This document shows, in pieces, positions 25,560 to 37,725 of a stretch of DNA of 64,000 bases (the stretch's first letter is position 1; every line of letters begins with the position of its first letter). Source of the DNA: Camelus dromedarius. Lineage: Eukaryota. Position numbers and translations under genes: made by a program. The stretch is from assembly GCF_036321535.1 (NCBI RefSeq), contig NC_087436.1:74960001-75024000 (forward strand), written 5' to 3'. A model generated the notes under the pieces. The model saw only the letters and a program-made list of their open reading frames with translations. It made no database searches and was not told the origin of the DNA.

Positions 25560-25725
25560 AAGAGGTAGACAAACCAGGTTCAAATTCTAGTTCTGTCGTT
25601 TAAGACCATGGGACTCTGGCCCAATCACTCACCTTTGTCGACACTCAGTTTCTTCATCTGGAAGGTGGAATGAATAGTGTCCACTGCTCAGATTTGGGAG
25701 AGGATTAAGGTAACAGACATTTAAT
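25560..25725 (+). mobile_element. MIR SINE
   Basis: ggttcaaattctagttctg...ctcagtttcttcatctggaagg. Confidence 0.7.
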
Positions 25726-28700
25726 GGATCTGACACTCCACATCTCCTCCCTTGTGTCAGCCAGTACAGCCAGCGCTCTCAGTAATGAGTAATAAAACTT
25801 GTTTATGACAGGCAGTTTTATTTGTGCCGTGTGAAGGGTAGAAGGCAAGAGGTGTGTGGTGCTAGCAGGAAGCGGAGGCTAGCAGTTTGCTCCCATGTGA
25901 AGTCAGTAGGACCCACGCAGAACCAGCACCAGAGACAGCTGAGGGCAAGAGGCTCTGAAGTGGTGATTAAGAAGTATGTGCTCAAGGTGGCTCCCCAGAG
26001 AGAGATGCTGTGCAAACAACACGTGTCTGTTATCCCTCACAAGAGACAGGCATTGTGAGCCCCGGGATCTGATTTGCATTACAGGTAGCTTGTTTTTAAT
26101 GCATGTCTTAGATTCTACCTTTCACATAATTAATATTGGTCCAGAATTTCCCCTTCATTCATACTTTTCTCAGTGCAATGACTTAGCTTCAGAATCTTTT
26201 TTCCCGAGTTCAGTTGATGATAGTGTTGGGAAATGGAGTATTTCTAAAACTGCAGAAGTACAATGATGAATCATGTCTTTTCTAGGTGTTTCTTGGAACC
26301 ACAGGGGCCAGGACTGAAAGTTGGGCAATTTGTTATAATGGGATTGTGTGGTTTTAAAAAACAGTTGATTGACACTTTTTGCGTAGGCCAGCCTAAGCAG
26401 CCTTAGCTAAACTTTCCCTACTTCTTTTGCCAAATTTCAGCATCTCTGTTTCTTCCAAAATTTTGAGGTATTACATCCAAGAGTTTGAAGGCACCCAGCA
26501 CACCTTTTCTGCCCTCTTTCCCCATTCAAGCATCAGCTGCAAATCTGACTCACCTATTTGAGGTAGCTGAGGGCATGTCCATGGGCAATTGGGAGACAGA
26601 GCAAATCATACTCACAGTTTATAACTCATAGTTTCCTCATCTGAACTTGATGGCCTTGGAGATCCCAGCCAAGCATTACTCACCTCCTCCTTATGGAACT
26701 GTACGGGAAATGCAGATTAGGAAGACCCAATCCCTACTCTTAAACTGCACATCAGTTCACTGAGAGTAACTATAATATCAGGCAAAACATAACAAGAGCT
26801 GTGCCAGCAGGACTGAGAGAGAGGGGGGAGCTTGACTCTCAGTGCAAGGACAAGGGAAATCTACTGGGCTCTGAAGTCCCAGTAGTGTTCATACTTGCGA
26901 ATATAAGAGAAAATGACATTTCAAGTAGAGGAAAGAACTTGGGCAAAGGCATGGAGACATAAAACTGTGTTGTGAAGAGATGGAGCCCAGAAAGTAGAAA
27001 TGCTTGTAACAGAGAAGAGCAAGTCCCCTGCGTCACCGTGCATTGCAGAGCCGTCAAATAGGCCTTGTTCCTCCCTGCTCATTTCCTTCATAGCACCTAT
27101 CACAATTAGTACATGTTTATTTGCTTCTATTTTCTAATTTCTTTAGACATTTACGGATTTCTAACATAATTTAAGCATGTTCTTGTGGATATATATATTT
27201 CCACATATGTAATATATAAATACAAATATAATATATAAATATATAACATATAAATATATTATATATATATGCCACTCACATTGCTTTTAATGCTTAGTAA
27301 GGGTTCTTAGGTTGGAAATTAGAGAAAGAACAAATATTTTAACTGTCATTACTAAAATATCAGTTGTATTTCACTCTTGCCAATTTTTCCATTTTAATAT
27401 TTGGAGCTATTGTCCTGAGGGTAACATTGTTCCTAACGAATCGCTTCCTTCTGGTTCCCATTGAGACATCCTACCTGTTTCGGGTCTTTGAAGCCAGTGA
27501 GCACTGATTTTACTTATGCAGGGCTGATCCTGAGTCCACGCTTACCTTCGTTCACAAGGTGTCTTTAGAAGTGGCAGAGCAGGCATGATTCAATCCAGGA
27601 CCATACAAGAGATTTACAAATTCAGCTGAATAGAAAGATCTTTCTCCAAGCTCTTCCTTTTAAAAATTCAAGAGAAATTTTTGGCTGTCCTCAGAGATTA
27701 TGTGACTCTGATTTGGTGACTGTACATAGCATTGCATTTGGGCTATTCAACCTTGATTTAACCCTCTAAGTTAGTCTCTGCTTCTTTACGTGTAAGTGGC
27801 GTCTATAATGCTGATCTCATGGAGTAGTGTTTTAACAACTCGGCTGAAAGAGTGGTGCAGATAAAGCATTTGGTGCTCTGTTAACTAGATTGAAGAAATA
27901 GACTAACCGCAGTAAAACAGGAAGGTATCTATGAGATCTCCTACCTAAAGAAAGGTGACTTATCAACTCAGACACCCAGTATTCAATTGTCCTGATAATC
28001 TTCTGAACTTTTTGTTATTTGGAAATCAAGCCATATCTTCACTGAATAACATATGCACAGTGGATAAATATGTGAAGAATTATGTCATATTTCAAACAAC
28101 CATTTTCATATTGCTTTTAAATAGGCAGTTAGGAGGAAAGTATTTAAGGAAACTATTGATCATATCTATATCCATGTGACTTTTTGAAGTTCAAGACCCG
28201 AAAGTGTTCACTTTTAAAAGAGAGAGAGAATGAACAATTATGTTGTCCCACACGGAAATGTTAAGTGAGATGGACAGTCAGTCACACATTAACAAGAAAG
28301 TCTGATGTTCCCAGTTTGAGCAGCATACAGCCTAGACAGTCTGAAAGAAACAGGGAGGGAGAATCCAGGCCAGTGGTCACCTTTAGCCAAGAGGCTGAGA
28401 AACTGCATCCAGTGAGCTGAGCTGAGGCAGAGAGTAGGCGGCAAGGGGACAAGCCAGGATGGTCCGCTGAGGCCAGGCCTGTTTGACTCAGGGTTCAGAA
28501 GTATGATGATATGTCTTGACGTGAGTCTTTTTCCACATCTATTGCGTGAGGTTTTATGGAATGAGTTATTCCTTTTCAGAGTTTCCTTCACTTTTAAAGA
28601 AGATTCCACTTTCTCTGGTCCACTAAGTTGATTACCACTTGTCAATTGTTATATAGCTTCTTTTTCCTCTCACTACCTTTGCTCTTGGGTTTTTAGCCTT

Positions 28701-30029
28701 TTTATAACTTCTTTAATGTCATTTTAGTGAAATTTGAAGACTTCGGCCTGCTGAAGAATGAGTGCCACCACCGGAGGAGGGCTGGTGCTCGTCTGCCAGG
28801 GCCCAGGACAGGCCGGGCTGCTCCCCCGCCCCCCCCCCCCAAGTCAGGCTCCTCTTGCTCTGTGACTTCCAGGGAGGCATAAGCCCTGTGCCATGCAGAA
28901 CCAGGACCCTCCATTTCTAGGTTGGATGGTGGCCAAGATGCTGGAGCCAAATCAAATGTTGACAGTTCTTCAGACATTCCTACCACAATATTGAAATTGA
29001 ACACATTAGCCGGATAACATTGAAACTTAAAAAAAGAGGTGGGGTGAGAAAAAGAGGAAACTTGTTCAGCCTTGAAATCTATGGGTTTGGCCCTAGGACA
29101 CAGGGAATCGCTCCTCCCCAGAGAACCAAGCCAGCTATACCTTTTTCTCCCCTTGGTCAGTGGTTCTAAATATTTTTGTTAACATGGTTCCCTTTTGTTA
29201 TATACATGTCCTCTTTCTCCCTGTATTTTTTGCTCACCTTTTTTTTCATGAACCCATCCATTTTCTTTTATTTATTTAACTACTACCATGCCAAAAAGAG
29301 AAAAACCAGTATGCTCACTACATTTTTCTTAAGTCGAACCAAGCTTAACAGGGTGAAAAGTCAATATACAAAATATTCGATGAAAATTACACAAAGCCAC
29401 TCTAAAAATATCATTAGTGCAAATCCATTTGTGATTCATATTCCAAATAACTGGTGAAACTCAATGATCAGCATTTCATCCACCTTCAGCTTCTCTGCAG
29501 CCATGCTAAGGATGGAATTATGGGGAGCTGGCTGATGACTGTGGCATGAAATAACATGGTGGGTTTGGGGGAATGGCCTATTCATCAGCTCCCCTATGAC
29601 AGCTGCTTTTCCTTAGAACTGCTCTCCCTCTCAGAACAAATGTGCTGCTTGTGTACAGACAGCACCCAGCTGTCTCCTGTCAACATCAAAGCAGTGATAG
29701 TATAGGTGGACAGACTCACCCTGATTCACTCCCACATGGGTCTCAGCCATTTCGCTCAATGTCTGCTCTGAAGTCTGGAGGAAATATCTCAGGCCACCAA
29801 ACCAGTACCTTCCACAGTGGACAAAAGAGGGAACTACGAACTTGTTCTGGGAGAAAAAGCCCAGTTGTTGATAAACCTTTATCATTTTCAACTGGAAGAC
29901 CTCTGCTTAGAATACCCCTCACCTACGTATCAGGTTGGACTGTATTAAATTACCAATAAGCAGCCATTTCTGAACTACAAGAATGTTAATTTCATACAGT
30001 TCAACTCAAATCCCCTCTCCTTGTCCTGC

Positions 30030-30280
30030 AGGACTTGTCTCAGGTATCTCCTCATCCAGACTTCTTCTCTGGCTTCCATGATTTAGATGCTCCCACTGCA
30101 TGATGGGTATATCACTATGTGGTACTTACTTCTCCATAGTGATGTCCTGGATTTACTTCTGTCTTTCCCACCAGAATTAAAGTAAGGAACCATGTCTTAT
30201 TTAACTTTGAATACCCTACATGTAACTCAGTGACTGCTAAACAGTAGGCACTCAATAAATGCTTAAGTAAATGAGAATAT
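30030..30280 (+). mobile_element. LINE-2 3' end
   Basis: aggaaccatgtcttattta...cagtaggcactcaataaatgctt. Confidence 0.7.
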
Positions 30281-30333
30281 GAAAGAGAACACCTAGCTGG
30301 GCAGAGAGTATGAGTGTCAAAATCCATTATCTT

Positions 30334-31787
30334 CTCATCTAAATACTGTCCAGGTATGGATGAGTGTCCTTGGGGGTATCTCCTTAAAGACAGCTCTCTT
30401 GAGTGCAGTTCCTCTCAATCTATAGATCTGTGAAACTAAACAAATAGTTATCCACCTTACATACGCCCAATACAATAGCTGTGCAGGCACAGGGCAATTA
30501 CTCCTGCTCAAAAACCAGGGAAATAGGATGCACAAAGGAGTCACTGCCCATAGCAATTCTGAAATCCAACAGAGGGAATGTTGCAAGTTCCTACCTTTGT
30601 TTTCAAAGCCTAGGAATAATTCTCCATGGCTCCTGGCTCCACTCTCTAGGCTGTTGTTCCATCCTGAGTCATCCTTACTTTTTCGTGAAAGGTAGCACTT
30701 GTTTGTGGCTGAGTAATTTTCTTAGCCTGCTTCCTGCCAGTAGAATTTTGGAGACCCAGTGGCTTCTTTCCATTTTGTCCTGTCTGTCCCTTTCACTTAG
30801 TAAGTTTGTTTTTTGTTTGTTTGTTTGTTTGTTTTTGTTTGTTGGTTTTATGAAGGCACTGGGGATTGAACCCAGGACTTTGTGCATGCTAAGCACGTAG
30901 TCTACCACTGAGCTACAACCCCACTGCCCCTATCTGTTTTTTCAGTCCAAGCCAGCAATGTTTCTGTTTATATAGTTTTCTCAAATATTTTTTGGGGCTT
31001 CTGTGCAATTCCTTGGGGCTCACACCATTAGACAAATGACACACCTATAAATCTCTTCTAGATCAGCTCTTCTCTACACTGTGCTCCTGCTGAGAAGAAC
31101 AAGAGACCACACTCTAAGCTTCCCATGGGCCCTATTGTTAGAGAAGATCTGAAAGATGTGTCCTTAAGCTCTTGAAAGGGCCCTTTTGTGGACTGGATGA
31201 TAACTTGGCCCTTTGATCTCTCTGAGGTCTGAACAAAATGTTGTACAGTCACTTCCGTGGCTTTATCTCTAGACCACATGTTCCTGACAGTACTAAGAAG
31301 TCATTTCCTAACTTTAGCATTTATTTGTTCTCTAGAGAGGAGGAGATTTTTCAAAACCTTCAAGTTCTGGCTCCTTTCTGTTTAATGGTCCTTCCCTCAA
31401 GTTCTCTGTCTCCTGTTGCAGTTCATTACAAGCAAGAAGAAACTAGGCAGTACCAACACGCTTGGACATCTCTTTAGCTGGATTACTGAATTTACTCCAC
31501 ACTTTTTCTGCTTTCCACACAATTTCAGATGACAGTAGTGCTAAGATTCCTGCCAGTACATAACAAGGATTCCCCTTCCTCTGGTTTCCAGTAACACATC
31601 TCTCACTTCCTTTTGAGTCCTCCCAGGCACCGTCCGAATTTCCACTGCCAGGTTGTTCGAAGAGACTTAGGCTTCCTTTATTATGTTTCTCAAGATCCTT
31701 CCAGCCTCCTCCCACTGCCTGCTCCCCAAGCAGCTCTGAAGTTTCTAAGTAGTTGTTATAAAGGCACCCCTCTTCTCGTACCAAGGT
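30334..31787 (-). mobile_element. MaLR internal region (MLT1-int)
   Basis: Antisense MLT1-int text ending ...cacccctcttctcgtaccaa at the LTR junction; ORF 31443-31784 resembles decayed MaLR ORF. Confidence 0.75.
30796..30930 (-). mobile_element. tRNA-Ala(AGC)-derived SINE (camelid vic-1 type)
   Basis: Minus strand reads ggggttgtagctcagtggtagactacgtgcttagcatgcacaaagtcctgggttcaatccccagtgccttca (A and B boxes, AGC anticodon loop) followed by an (AAAC)n tail; degenerate TSD tgtctgtccctttca / tatctgttttttca. Confidence 0.88.
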
Positions 31788-31789
31788 AT

Positions 31790-32925
31790 GTAATGGTCAT
31801 GTAACACTGCATAATGAATTATCCCAAACTTAGTGGATTAAATAACAAATTGGCTTCCTGGGTCAGGAATGTAGGTGCAGCTTACCCGAGTCGTCTGGCT
31901 CAGCGTCTCTCACAAGGCTCCAGTTAAGGTGTCAGAAGGGCTGCAGTCATCTCAAGACTCGAAGAGGGAAGAGCCCTCTTCTCAGCTCACTCCCATGGCT
32001 GCTGGCAGGATGCAGCACCTGGCAGGCTGTTGCGCCGAGGGCTTCACTGTCTCACTGGCCGTTGGCCAGAGGACACTCAGTTTCTTGCCACATGGGTTTC
32101 TCCATAGGGCTTCTCACCATACAGCCGTTTGCTTTATCAGAACAATCAAGTGAAAAGAGTCAGAGAGTGAAAGCCAGGCAGAAGTCATTGTCTTGTATGA
32201 CCTTATCTCAGAAATGACATTTCATCACTTCTCCCACATTTTATTAATTGTAAGTGAAATTGTGGGTCATTACTCAAATCCATTTCACCTGCCTTCATTA
32301 TTCAAGGTCGTTTTAAGACTTGCATGTCCTCCAGGCAGCACGGAGCCCAAACAATCTGATGTTTGCCTGCTTTGTTTTCCAGGAACTTGCAGTCAGCTGT
32401 GTCTTGTTCAAGCTGAGCTGGTTAAGACTGAATAGGACCCCCTATCCTCCAAGTGGGCATGGGTGAGTGTTTGCTTAGCGATCTTTTGACACGAGAGGGC
32501 TAAAAACTCCCCCTCAGATCATGCTAAGTGCTGCCACTTTTGAACGTGCCGAGGCCTGCAACTACGCCTGTGCAAAACAGTGGTGACCGCACCTTTTTCC
32601 AGTTGCCTTTCCCTGAACTCCCCACACCTCAGGACGTCCTGCTTCTCTATTCGCTGTCCCGTGAATACCCAGAGCCTCTTGCCTTCAGGGAGGCAGATCT
32701 GGGACGTGTTGTCCCATCTCCTTGCTTGGCTACATTGTGAATACACCCTCTCTTTGCTGTAAACCTCAGTGTCTCAATGTCTTAACTTGCTGTGCATTGG
32801 ACAAACGGAATCTGGTTCCAAAACATAAGCAAGCCTCTAGGTCCAACTCTCACCAAAAGGAAGGAGATTATACATAAGCATGAATGAAAAGAGGCAGGGA
32901 TCATTGGGACCCATTTTAGAAGCTG
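31790..32925 (-). mobile_element. MLT1 (F/G/H-type) LTR of the same MaLR element, split by an ERV1 solo LTR
   Basis: cccaaacttagtggattaaataac; gggctgcagtcatctcaag; resumes at 32826 and runs to ...gggatcattgggaccattttagaagctg. Confidence 0.8.
32255..32825 (+). mobile_element. Complete ERV1-class solo LTR, 571 bp
   Basis: TG...CA termini with an exact 4-bp TSD TAAG (32251-32254 and 32826-32829); several CpGs retained. Confidence 0.85.
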
Positions 32926-32974
32926 CTGGGCTAGAGCTTCATAAAGATGCATGAATGAGGAGTTATCATTATTT

Positions 32975-33230
32975 TAAAAGTGAACATTTACTCAAAGTTT
33001 ATTATGTGCCACTCGCTATCCTAAGTGTTTTGCATACACTCATTTGATTCTGACAACAACCCTTTGAGGAAAGTACTAGTATCACCCCTTTTTTACACAA
33101 GAGTAATCTCAGGATTTAAGCTTAAATAATTTAAAGTTAAGAGTATAAACAATTTGCAAAGGATTTCCAGTGAGTAAACAGTTAAGCCAGTATTTAAACC
33201 CAGGCAGTATGGGTCTAGAGTCTCTACACC
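32975..33230 (-). mobile_element. MIR SINE
   Basis: aacatttactcaaagtttattatgtgcc...tatttaaacccaggcagt. Confidence 0.7.
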
Positions 33231-34060
33231 TTCTTATTTAAAAAAGGTGGGACACTAAGGACGAATAGATAGATTTATGGTTGGATCCAGACATTTGGAG
33301 TGTCCATTAAGTAAACAATTCTAGAGCAATTTTCTTTCTTCTGGACTTCTCATGGGGCTATTGTAAAAGAGACAGGATGATCAATACCTTTATATTAACT
33401 TTAAATTTTCATAAACAATGTTTTCCTGGGAAAAAATATAATTGGAGAGTTTTGAATGACTTGCCTTAAAACACTATACTGTGCGCTGCTTTTCTCATGT
33501 TATATTCATAAATATTTTCCCATGTCATTAATCATTCTTGAAAAATATGATGGTTAATGTCTGACTTCTTGAGCTTTAATTCAATATTCTTATCACACTG
33601 CTTTATTCTGAGAGTGCCTGAAACATCTGGATTAAATCCTTTAAGGTCGCAGTGTGTTGCTATGTAGAATGAGAAATTCTGGAGGGAAAAAAATAGCAAT
33701 ATAGTGCCAGGCAGTACGAAACTAGACTCTTCTCTCCCTTGCCCTTTGAGATTCCCATTGAATGGAGGGCCTATTTTAAAATTAGGGGAGCACAGCAACA
33801 ACTCTGGAACCACTGTCCACATGTAGGATTCTTTGAGGAATTTCTGTTAGATGCTATGGGATGAAAATGTATTTTTATAGCACCAACTTCCTTTTCGAAA
33901 CTATTGTACAATAACATCAAAGGTTTAAGAAAAATACATGGACTCAGGAGATCTGCGGTGTTGCTGGAGAGTCACAGAATGTCTGTAGCAAACTACCCTC
34001 CACAAAGTTCACCTGATGGAACAAACATGGTGAAGGGGAGGTGGGGCCACTTGAAGAGTC

Positions 34061-34425
34061 CACGCGTATCTCCAGCCTGTGGGCCAGGCTGGGGCACAGA
34101 CGGGTAACCCCTGCTGGGAGCTCTACTGCCTGCAGCACTGCATCTGGTCCGAGGGCACCATGCCCAGCGACCAGGCGCTGGAGAGCAGCAATAACTCAAT
34201 AACTCCAACACGTCTTCAACGAGACAAGGGCTGGCAAGCACCTTCCTGGGCTGTCTTTGTGGCCCTGGACCAGCGGTCATAGATGGGGTAAGAACTGGCA
34301 TGTATAGGCAGCTCTTCCACCCTGAGCAGCTGATACCTGGCCAGGAAGACGCTACCAACAACTATACCACTACAGACCGGTCCCAAGGGTGCTGAAGCGA
34401 ATCTGAAAATTGGCTAATGGACCAA
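34061..34425 (+). pseudogene. Alpha-tubulin processed pseudogene fragment (about residues 2-127)
   Basis: Across frameshifts translates to [66 protein letters not shown] and VLKRI*KLA, collinear with TUBA ([22 protein letters not shown]...[21 protein letters not shown]...VLDRIRKLA); no intron at the VI-D exon 2/3 junction. Confidence 0.93.
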
Positions 34426-35064
34426 CTGCCCTTGGCACCTGCAGGAGATCCATGAATGCTTAACCTCCTTCCCTGGCCTTGGAGCCTGGACAGGTGTAGA
34501 AGAAAGGGAAACCGCATGGCGTCCATGTGGTTCCTCTGGCCTGTCCCTCCACTTGTCTTCCTCTAGAGGGAGCTGTGTCCTGAGTGTGGATCTAGGGTTA
34601 GAAGCGTGTTCTGCCCTGAGTTTGAGGACTAAGGCTTCTGCCCTGCTGGTTCCCTGCTTTGCCAGGCCTGATTGCCTGCTTCAAGGCTTTTTTGACCTTT
34701 GATCCATCTCTAGCCCCAGCAGGTGGGAGGAAGCGCCGGGCTGCTTGGCTTATTCTTAGATTCCTAAGCAGTACTTCCCAGCTGCGAGAGGCTCCTACTC
34801 AGCTTTTAGCCACTTCTCCAGTTCACCTACCCCTTGCCTGAAACCTGGGAACCAGAAGTGAGGCCAAGTAGGAGCCAGCACTTTGGCACTGGTCCTCTAG
34901 AGGGATTGTCCAACATGCTCCCTGCTGCTCAGCAAAGACTGGGGGCTTGCAGGGGACCTGAGGGGTGGGATTCTGTGTGACAATAAAACAAAGCCACCTA
35001 GGTTTAGATCTTTCTTAAATGGAGAAATTTTTTTTGTTATCAATTTGCATAAAACCTGCTGTTC

Positions 35065-35745
35065 TTTTTTAAAAATTTAATTATTTTTATTGATATATAA
35101 TTAACATATAACATTATATTAATTTCAGGTGTACAACATAATGATTTGATACATGTATAAATTGTGAATAAATGGGAAATTTTATACTGTCAAAAAACCC
35201 CAAGTCCTTGGAAATTTAACATTACTAACACAATAGTTTTAAGATTCTTCCATATTTTGGCACAGATTAATAGTTTATTTCCTTTTTTAATGTTGAATAG
35301 TATTTAATTGGATTATAAATCACAATTTGTTTGTCTCTTCACCTGTAGATCGACATGTGTTTCTAGTTCTTAACTATTAGGAGTAACACTGCTATGAACA
35401 TTTATATGCAAATCTTTTTTGTGGACATAGTTTTCACTTCCTCTGGTTTAACAGAAACCTAAGAGTGGAATTTCTAGGTCATATAGTTCATGTATATTTA
35501 ATTTTAGAAATAATTGCTTTTCAGTGTTGTACCATTTACATTTCCACCAGCAGTGTTGAAGAGTTTCCGTTGCTTCACATCCTCACCAGCACTTGGCTTC
35601 GTCAGTCTTAATTTAGCATTCTAGGGAGTATAAAATGGTATCCCAATGTGGTTCTAACTTGCATTTCACTGATGACAAATTATATTGAGCTCTTTTTTTT
35701 TACATGACTAATGGTCTTTGTACGTCTTTTTCATGAAGGGTCTTT
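35065..35745 (-). mobile_element. L1 3' fragments (two pieces)
   Basis: tttttattgatatataattaacatataac terminus, then ctgctatgaacattt and cctcaccagcacttgg. Confidence 0.8.
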
Positions 35746-36029
35746 TTATTTTTTTGGAGGGATTTCAAAGTAATTTAAAGACATTAGTACACTTCCTACT
35801 AAATACTTCAGCTTGAATAAAATTAAGTAGAGTTCAAAGTTTATTTACATTTGCTTTCTGTTTACATTCAATTTTTGTTTGTTTTGAGTATTGGTAGATG
35901 GTAGATATGTGGTGAAGCTAGTAAAATATTTAGTAGTATCGAGGGGGTGAGCATACAAATAAATGTTCACTGTAAAATTCTTTCATGTTTTCATGTGTTT
36001 CACAATTTTCATTATAAATATTGTTCAGC

Positions 36030-37356
36030 CTTTCCTTCTACTAACTTTAGATTTTGTATGTTCTTGTTTCTCTAGTTGCTTTGTGTGAGGTTAGATTGTT
36101 TATTTGAAGTTTTTCTTGATTCCTGAGGTTAAGCTTGTATTGCTATAAACTTCCCTCTTAAAAGTACTTTTGCTGTATCCCGTAGGTTTTTGGATCGTTG
36201 TGTTTTCTTTTTTTTTTTTAAACATTTTTTTTTGAGTCATAGTCATTTTACAATGTTGTGTCAAATTCCAGTATACAGCACTATTTTTCAGTTATACATG
36301 AACATACATACATTCATTGTCACATTCTCTTTCGCTGTGAGCCACCACAAGATCCTGTATATATTTCCCTGTGCTACATAGTACAATCTTGTTTATCTAT
36401 TCTACTTTTTGAAATCCCAGTCTGTCCCTTCCCACCCCCCATCCCCCTGGTAACCACAAGTTTGTATTCTATGTCTATGAGTCTGTTTCTGTTTTGTATT
36501 TACGTTTTTTTGGTTTTTGGTTTTTGTTTTAGATTCCGCGTATGAGCGATCTCACATGGTATTTTCCTTTCTCTTTCTGGCTAGAATCGTTGTGTTTTCA
36601 TTTTGATTTGTCTCTAGGTATTTTTTTTTATTTCTTCTTGATGTCTTCAGTGATCCATTGATTGTTTAAAGCATATTGTTGAGCTTCCACGTGTTTGTGT
36701 TTTTTGCTTTTTTTTTCTTGTAGTTGATTTCTAATCTCATAGTGTTGTGGTTGGAAAAGATGCTTGATATGATTTCAGTTTTCTTAAATTTACCAAGGCT
36801 TACTTTTGGTCCAGCATGTGATGTGTCCTGGGGAATGTTCCATGTGCACTTGAAAAGAATATGTTACTGCTGCTTTCAAATGGAATGCTCTACAAATATC
36901 AGTTAAGTCTATCTGACCTAATGCGTCATTTAAGGCCCGTATTTCCATATTGATTTTCTGTCTGTGTGATCTGTCCATTGATGTAAGTGGAGTGTTAAGA
37001 TCCCCCACTATTATTATGTTATTATCAATTTCTCCCTTTATATCTGTTAACATTTGCCTTATATATTGAGGTGCTCCTATTTTGGGTGCATATATATTTA
37101 CAATTGTTACATCCTCTTCTTGGATTGACCCCTTGAGCATTACGTAGTGTCCTTCTTTGTCTCTTGTGACAGTCTTTACTTTAAAGTCTATTTTGTCTGA
37201 TATAAGTATTGCTACTCTAGCTTTCTTTTAATTTCCATTTGCATGGAATCTATTTTTCTGTCCCCTCGCTTTCAGGCTGTTATGTGTCTGTAGATCCGAA
37301 GTGAGTCTCTTGTAGGCAGAAAATATATGGGTCTTGTTTTTGTGTCCATTCAGCCA
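36030..37356 (-). mobile_element. LINE-1 ORF2 endonuclease region
   Basis: ORF 36790-37140 (KGSIQEEDVTIVNIYAP...IIVGDLNTPLTSMDRS) is the L1 APE-type endonuclease. Confidence 0.95.
36208..36585 (-). mobile_element. Young 5'-truncated L1 3' UTR insertion nested in L1
   Basis: Perfect 14-bp TSD atcgttgtgttttc (36194-36207 and 36586-36599); poly-T; same subfamily as 48105-48852. Confidence 0.93.
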
Positions 37357-37359
37357 GAC

Positions 37360-37725
37360 CCCTGGTCTACTGACTCCATGTGTGCTCAGTTCCCGTGCAG
37401 TCAGGGAGGGGCAGGTGACTAGTTCTGAACAATGGGCTGTGAAGGAAGTGAATGTGTATTACTTCTGGGCTATGGCAGAGAAAGCCCACATGAACTCTCT
37501 AGTGATCTTCCCCTACCTCTGTGAATGCAGAAGCTTCTTATTCAGAGAGGAACACCAGAGGATCAATAGCTGAGCCATTGCAGGGAGGACAGTTGCCTCA
37601 AAGAGCCATCTAGATCTACAGATGACTTTGCATTAGCAAGAAATAAACCTTCATCTCAAAAAAAAAAAAAAAAACTTGTATTTTGCAGTTGTTCGTTGCT
37701 ATAGCATAACCTAGCTTATCCTAAC
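37360..37725 (+). mobile_element. MLT1 (I/J-type) LTR
   Basis: gtgactagttctgaacaatgggctgtgaaggaagtga; aagaaataaacctt; gttgctatagcataacctagcttatcctaac. Confidence 0.8.

Noticed and set aside
26258..26322. C/D-box snoRNA (ATGATGA...CTGA)
   Set aside because: Only about 55 nt between the boxes, no terminal stem, and no recognisable rRNA guide or host gene.
28500..28600. C/D-box snoRNA starting at gtatgatga
   Set aside because: No D box at a suitable distance.
30851..30922. tRNA-Ala gene
   Set aside because: Stems are disrupted, and it has a simple-repeat tail and TSD inside a MaLR element, so it is a SINE.
34560..34729. Two further CTCF-like matches near the tubulin fragment
   Set aside because: Both miss the strongly conserved C of the GGC end; such matches are expected by chance in GC-richer DNA.
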